DNA of 64,000 nucleotides from an uncultured Rhizobium sp. (GTDB lineage Bacteria; Pseudomonadota; Alphaproteobacteria; Rickettsiales; UBA1997): NCBI GenBank assembly GCA_964580715.1, contig CAZOKU010000001.1, positions 17,310 to 81,309 of the forward strand, read 5' to 3'. Shown piece by piece: positions 60,304 to 64,000 of this stretch (position 1 is its first letter; each line of letters starts with the position of its first letter). The notes under the pieces were generated by a model. It saw only the letters and a program-made list of their open reading frames with translations, ran no database searches and was not told where the DNA came from. The position numbers and the translations under genes were made by a program.

Positions 60304-61326
60304 ATGGCAAATAGTATCGCAGCATTAGATTCCTTCTTGTTGCCGCTAAAACAAATTCTTGATCGCGACGGTGTAAACGAAGTTTCAATCAACAGACCGT
60401 TTGAAGTTTGGATTGAATGCAAGGGTGATATGGTGCGCGAAGAATTGCCAAGCTTCGACATGGAACACTTGAAATCGCTTGGTCGTTTGGTTGCGCAATC
60501 TACCGAACAGCGCTTAAGCGAAGAAGAGCCGCTGCTTTCTGCCACATTGCCGAATGGTTATCGTATTCAAATTGTTTTTCCGCCGGCCTGCGAACATTCT
60601 TCAGTCGTGATGTCGATTCGTAAACCTTCAAGCTTGAAGTGGAGCTTGGATGATTACGAAAAAATGGGCATGTTTGATACGACTTCAGTTGGTGAAGTTG
60701 AAGATAAAAATGATCTAATATTAGCGAAATTATTGAAACTTAATCGCATTAAAGATTTTCTTAATCGCGCCGTTTTATACAAAAAAAATATTATAATTTC
60801 CGGCGGTACTTCAACCGGTAAAACAACTTTTACTAATGCTATGATTCGTGCTATTCCGCACGAGGAAAGGCTTATTACCGTTGAGGACGCGCGAGAAATT
60901 GATTTAACTTCACATCCCAATCGCGTGCATTTGCTTGCCTCCAAAGGTGCGCAGGGTCGCGCGAAGGTGACTACGCAGGACTTGATCGAAGCCTGTTTGC
61001 GTTTGCGTCCGGAAAGAATAATTGTCGGTGAATTGCGCGGTTCGGAAGCCTTCAGCTTCCTGCGTGCCATCAATACCGGTCACCCCGGGTCAATTTCGAC
61101 ATTACACGCCGATACGCCAAGAATGGCGATGGAACAGCTTAAAATGATGGTGATGCAGGCAGGTCTTGGTATGACTCCGACAGAAATTACTTCCTATATT
61201 AAAAATGTTGTTGATATAGTAGTGCAGTTAAAACGCGGCGGTAAGGGCCGCCGTTACATTTCCGAAATTTATTTTAGGGCAATTCATAATAAACCGAAAG
61301 AAGAACAAAATGACAAATCGCAGTAA
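60304..61326 (+). CDS. virB11: type IV secretion ATPase VirB11
   Basis: SGGTSTGKTTF Walker A, RPERIIVGELRG, and GHPGSISTLHA (His box). Confidence 0.9.
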   Translation: MANSIAALDSFLLPLKQILDRDGVNEVSINRPFEVWIECKGDMVREELPSFDMEHLKSLGRLVAQSTEQRLSEEEPLLSATLPNGYRIQIVFPPACEHSSVVMSIRKPSSLKWSLDDYEKMGMFDTTSVGEVEDKNDLILAKLLKLNRIKDFLNRAVLYKKNIIISGGTSTGKTTFTNAMIRAIPHEERLITVEDAREIDLTSHPNRVHLLASKGAQGRAKVTTQDLIEACLRLRPERIIVGELRGSEAFSFLRAINTGHPGSISTLHADTPRMAMEQLKMMVMQAGLGMTPTEITSYIKNVVDIVVQLKRGGKGRRYISEIYFRAIHNKPKEEQNDKSQ

Positions 61327-62320
61327 TTTTTTTCGCAAGAAAGTCGAATTTCTAACATTAGCGCAAATACTGGAAATAACTGGCGGCAAAGCGATAAAAA
61401 CAGACTTAAATACAAAAATTTTTGATGTCGCAACTTTAGATAAAGCCGATTCAAAACAAATTTCATTTTTAACTTCAGGGCAATATCTGGAAAAATTCTT
61501 AAACTCTAAAGCCGGCTTTTGTTTGATTGAAGAAAAAAATGTTGCTAAGGCTCCGCAATCAATGATTGTAATAGTTTGTGACAATCCATACTTTGCTTAT
61601 TCGCAAATTGCTTCGGCTTTTTATGAAGAAAAAACCATAGAATTTTCTGATAGATTAATTCACGGAAGTGCGAAAATAGGTGAAGGAACGCGGATTGCAC
61701 TAAATGCTTATATTGGTAAAAATGTTGTAATCGGTAAAAATTGTTTTATTGCTCCAAACGCTGTGGTGCTTGATGGTTGTAGTGTTGGAGATAATTGTAT
61801 AATTAATTCTTCTGCCGTTATTTCTTTTGCTAAAATAGGTTCTAATTGCATTATTTATAATGGCGTCAAAATAGGACAAGACGGTTTTGGCTTTGCTCAC
61901 AATAAAGGTGTCAATCACAAAATTATTCAGTTGGGAATTGTTGAAATCGGTGATGATGTTGAGATTGGAGCCAACTCTTGCGTGGATCGAGGCGCTATTG
62001 AAAATACTATAATTTCTGATGGTGTAAAAATTGATAACCTGGTTCAAATCGGGCATAATGTATTTATTGATAAAGGTACGGTAATTGCCGGAGGCGCTGC
62101 TATTGCGGGAAGTGCTCGGATCGGTAAGTTTGTTCAAATTGGCGGTAATGCAAGCATTGCCGGGCATATTAGCATTGGCGATGGTGCAAAGATTGCCGGC
62201 ATGAGCGGTGTGGCGCGTAATGTCGAACCTATGTCAATAGTCGGCGGAATTCCGGCGATACCGATAAAACAATGGCATAGACTTAATATTAAGCTTTTGG
62301 AATTGCTAAAGAAAGCTTGA
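61310..62320 (+). CDS. lpxD: UDP-3-O-acylglucosamine N-acyltransferase LpxD
   Basis: N-terminal LAQILEITGG...ISFL... followed by long hexapeptide-repeat (left-handed beta-helix) region. Confidence 0.9.
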   Translation: MTNRSNFFRKKVEFLTLAQILEITGGKAIKTDLNTKIFDVATLDKADSKQISFLTSGQYLEKFLNSKAGFCLIEEKNVAKAPQSMIVIVCDNPYFAYSQIASAFYEEKTIEFSDRLIHGSAKIGEGTRIALNAYIGKNVVIGKNCFIAPNAVVLDGCSVGDNCIINSSAVISFAKIGSNCIIYNGVKIGQDGFGFAHNKGVNHKIIQLGIVEIGDDVEIGANSCVDRGAIENTIISDGVKIDNLVQIGHNVFIDKGTVIAGGAAIAGSARIGKFVQIGGNASIAGHISIGDGAKIAGMSGVARNVEPMSIVGGIPAIPIKQWHRLNIKLLELLKKA

Positions 62321-62381
62321 AAACTTACGCCTGACCTGTAAAATATTTGCCACTTTTTCAAATTAACAATTAACAATATTT

Positions 62382-62921
62382 GTGAAACCAGTTAAATCTA
62401 ACAATTCCGGAAATTCCGGAAATTTCTTTCGTACTAATAACCAAATAAAATCTCCGGAAATAAGGCTGATAGGGCATGATGGCGCGATGATCGGTATTGT
62501 TTCGACTGAAGAAGGAGTTAGAAGAGCGCAAGAAGTTGGTCTTGATTTGGTTGAAATATCGCCAAACGTTAAGCCGCCGGTTTGCAAGATTGCCAATGTC
62601 GGTAAGATGAAATATGAGATGCAAAAAAAAGCTGCCGATGCCAAAAAAAAGCAAAAGGTGGTTGAAGTCAAGGAAATTAAACTCTCAATCAATATCGGTA
62701 AAGGTGACTATGAATTTAAAGTTAAGCACACTATCGAATTTATAAAAAAAGGTCACAAAGTTAAAGTTAGTATCAGAATGAAGGGACGCGAAATCACTCA
62801 TGCTGATCTAGCTAGAAAAATGATGAGCGATGTAATTAGAGATGTTGAAGAATTCGCTAAGCCTGAGCTTGGCCCACGATTAGAGGGCATGCAAATGGTG
62901 ATGATTCTGGTTAAGAAATAA
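62382..62921 (+). CDS. infC: translation initiation factor IF-3
   Basis: EIRLIGHDGAMIGIVSTEEGVRRAQEVGLDLVEISPNVKPPVCKI and KEIKLSINIGKGDYEFK align with E. coli IF3. The only in-frame start candidates are non-ATG (GTG 62382), consistent with IF3 autoregulation. Confidence 0.9.
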   Translation: MKPVKSNNSGNSGNFFRTNNQIKSPEIRLIGHDGAMIGIVSTEEGVRRAQEVGLDLVEISPNVKPPVCKIANVGKMKYEMQKKAADAKKKQKVVEVKEIKLSINIGKGDYEFKVKHTIEFIKKGHKVKVSIRMKGREITHADLARKMMSDVIRDVEEFAKPELGPRLEGMQMVMILVKK

Positions 62922-62932
62922 ATATATATAAA

Positions 62933-64000
62933 ATGAAAAACATAATTAACGAAATCATAAAACAAGCCGCAAAAATAGAGGATAAAAACTTTGCTCAATT
63001 TATTGAAATTTTTTATTCGCAAAATTTAGCCCGAGATTTTTTTCATTATGATGTGACTGAGCTTTATAACTCAGCCTTTGTCAGCTTTAATTTTTTTAAA
63101 CAAAAAAAAGCCGGTGAAGTAAAAATTCAAACTTATAATCCGACCTTAAAAAGTGATGGTTTTGAATCTTCTTATACTTTTTTAAATATTGTTAATGATG
63201 ACATGCCATTCCTTGTCGATTCAGTTGTGGCATATCTCGACAGAAATGGTGTTAAAATCAAAAACATCATGCATCCGATTTATTCGGTAAAGCGTGATGA
63301 TGCCGGAAATTTAAAAGCTCTTACTGATTCTGACGACTCTAGGTCAGAATCAGTAATTCAATTGCATTTGGAAAAAATTATTTCCAAATACGATATGGAA
63401 TTACTTGAAAAAAATATCAAAAAAATTCTGGATCATGTATCCCTGGTAGTAAAAGATTGGCAGGCTATGGTAAATCTTGCCAAGGTTGCGCGAAGTAATA
63501 TTGACAACGCTAAAACTGAAAATCTGCAAGAAATTAAAGATTTCATTTCCTGGATAGCTGATGACAATTTTATTATGCTCGGAGCACAGGAATTTGATAT
63601 CGTAAAAGTAAAAAATAATGAATATATGTTGCAGCCTGTTGCAAATTCAGGCTTTGGTATTTTCCGTTCAACTGATGAAAGCTTTAGACCGCAAGTTATA
63701 AATAATTCTTTTGGTGAAGTAGTTGATTCAGTAAAAAATCCTTACGTAATTGAAATTTTAAAATCGCGTTATCGTTCTTCGATACACAGAAATACTAATG
63801 CCGAAAGAATAAGAATTCAGAAAATTTCTGAAAAAGGCGAAGTGATTGGTGAATATCGTTTTATCGGTTTATTTACTTCTTCCGCCTATCATGCGCCGGT
63901 TAATTCAATTCCTTTGGTGCGCAATAAAATCGCCAAAGTTATCGCTGATTCCGGCTATAAAAAAGGTAGCCACAATTACAAGGATTTAGTTTCAATCTTG
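62933..64000 (+). CDS. NAD-specific glutamate dehydrogenase (large Bac_GDH type), N-terminal part, 3' end outside window
   Basis: Open frame from ATG 62933 to the window end. TFLNIVNDDMPFLVDSVVAYL...IMHPIYSVKRDDAGNL is the conserved N-terminal region of the ~1600-aa NAD-GDH family. Confidence 0.8.
   Translation, partial: MKNIINEIIKQAAKIEDKNFAQFIEIFYSQNLARDFFHYDVTELYNSAFVSFNFFKQKKAGEVKIQTYNPTLKSDGFESSYTFLNIVNDDMPFLVDSVVAYLDRNGVKIKNIMHPIYSVKRDDAGNLKALTDSDDSRSESVIQLHLEKIISKYDMELLEKNIKKILDHVSLVVKDWQAMVNLAKVARSNIDNAKTENLQEIKDFISWIADDNFIMLGAQEFDIVKVKNNEYMLQPVANSGFGIFRSTDESFRPQVINNSFGEVVDSVKNPYVIEILKSRYRSSIHRNTNAERIRIQKISEKGEVIGEYRFIGLFTSSAYHAPVNSIPLVRNKIAKVIADSGYKKGSHNYKDLVSIL

Noticed and set aside
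60654-62692. Minus-strand ORFs antisense to virB11, lpxD and infC (60654..61073, 61228..61584, 61700..62167, 62134..62692)
   Set aside because: Fully overlapped by strongly recognisable housekeeping genes on the plus strand.

Overview
AT-rich bacterial chromosome segment. Gene content suggests an alphaproteobacterium, possibly Rickettsiales/Holosporales-like: alpha-type AddB, VirB11, and DUF3489, DUF6362 and DUF6511-type phage genes. This lineage call is inference only. About 47 kb of the window is a prophage/island integrated next to an initiator-type tRNA-Met. Layout: (1) nt 1-4992, plus strand: three tightly spaced genes that look like a defence locus. They are a 5'-truncated cGAS/DncV-like nucleotidyltransferase with an extra C-terminal domain, a 992-aa PHP + SMC/Rad50-type ABC ATPase, and a PD-(D/E)XK DUF4268-type nuclease. 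(2) nt ~5000-42630, mostly minus strand: a complete-looking myovirus prophage. It carries a lysis cassette (M15 endolysin, holin, overlapped spanins), a P2/R-pyocin-type tail and baseplate, and a lambda-type packaging/head module with a Mu gpT-type capsid. It also carries a ParB-methyltransferase, a replication/recombination module, a putative iteron origin, and an S24-type repressor-like gene. (3) nt 42668-50186, plus strand: an 8-gene cargo block (PhzF, M24-like, GNATs, APH kinase, protein-kinase-like, ChaN/Tiki-like + beta-lactamase fusion). (4) nt 50329-52125: AlpA-type excisionase, P4-type integrase and tRNA-fMet. (5) nt 52246-64000: host core genes (truA, addB, dadA, folC, porin, virB11, lpxD, infC, start of NAD-glutamate dehydrogenase). 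Most notable observations: the NTase/PHP-ATPase/nuclease trio; six opposite-strand ORFs wedged into five of the six gene junctions of the tail operon between sheath and gpD, one flanked by a 22-bp duplication of the gpX start; a 39-bp bipartite element shared between the early-operon promoter region and the excisionase promoter region 10 kb away; an iteron/palindrome origin miscalled as an ORF; an S24 repressor-like protein lacking the catalytic Ser; and a structured non-coding island with a tRNA T-arm-like fragment. No rRNA, CRISPR array or transposase was seen. All protein family calls come from motif recognition by eye, not from database searches.
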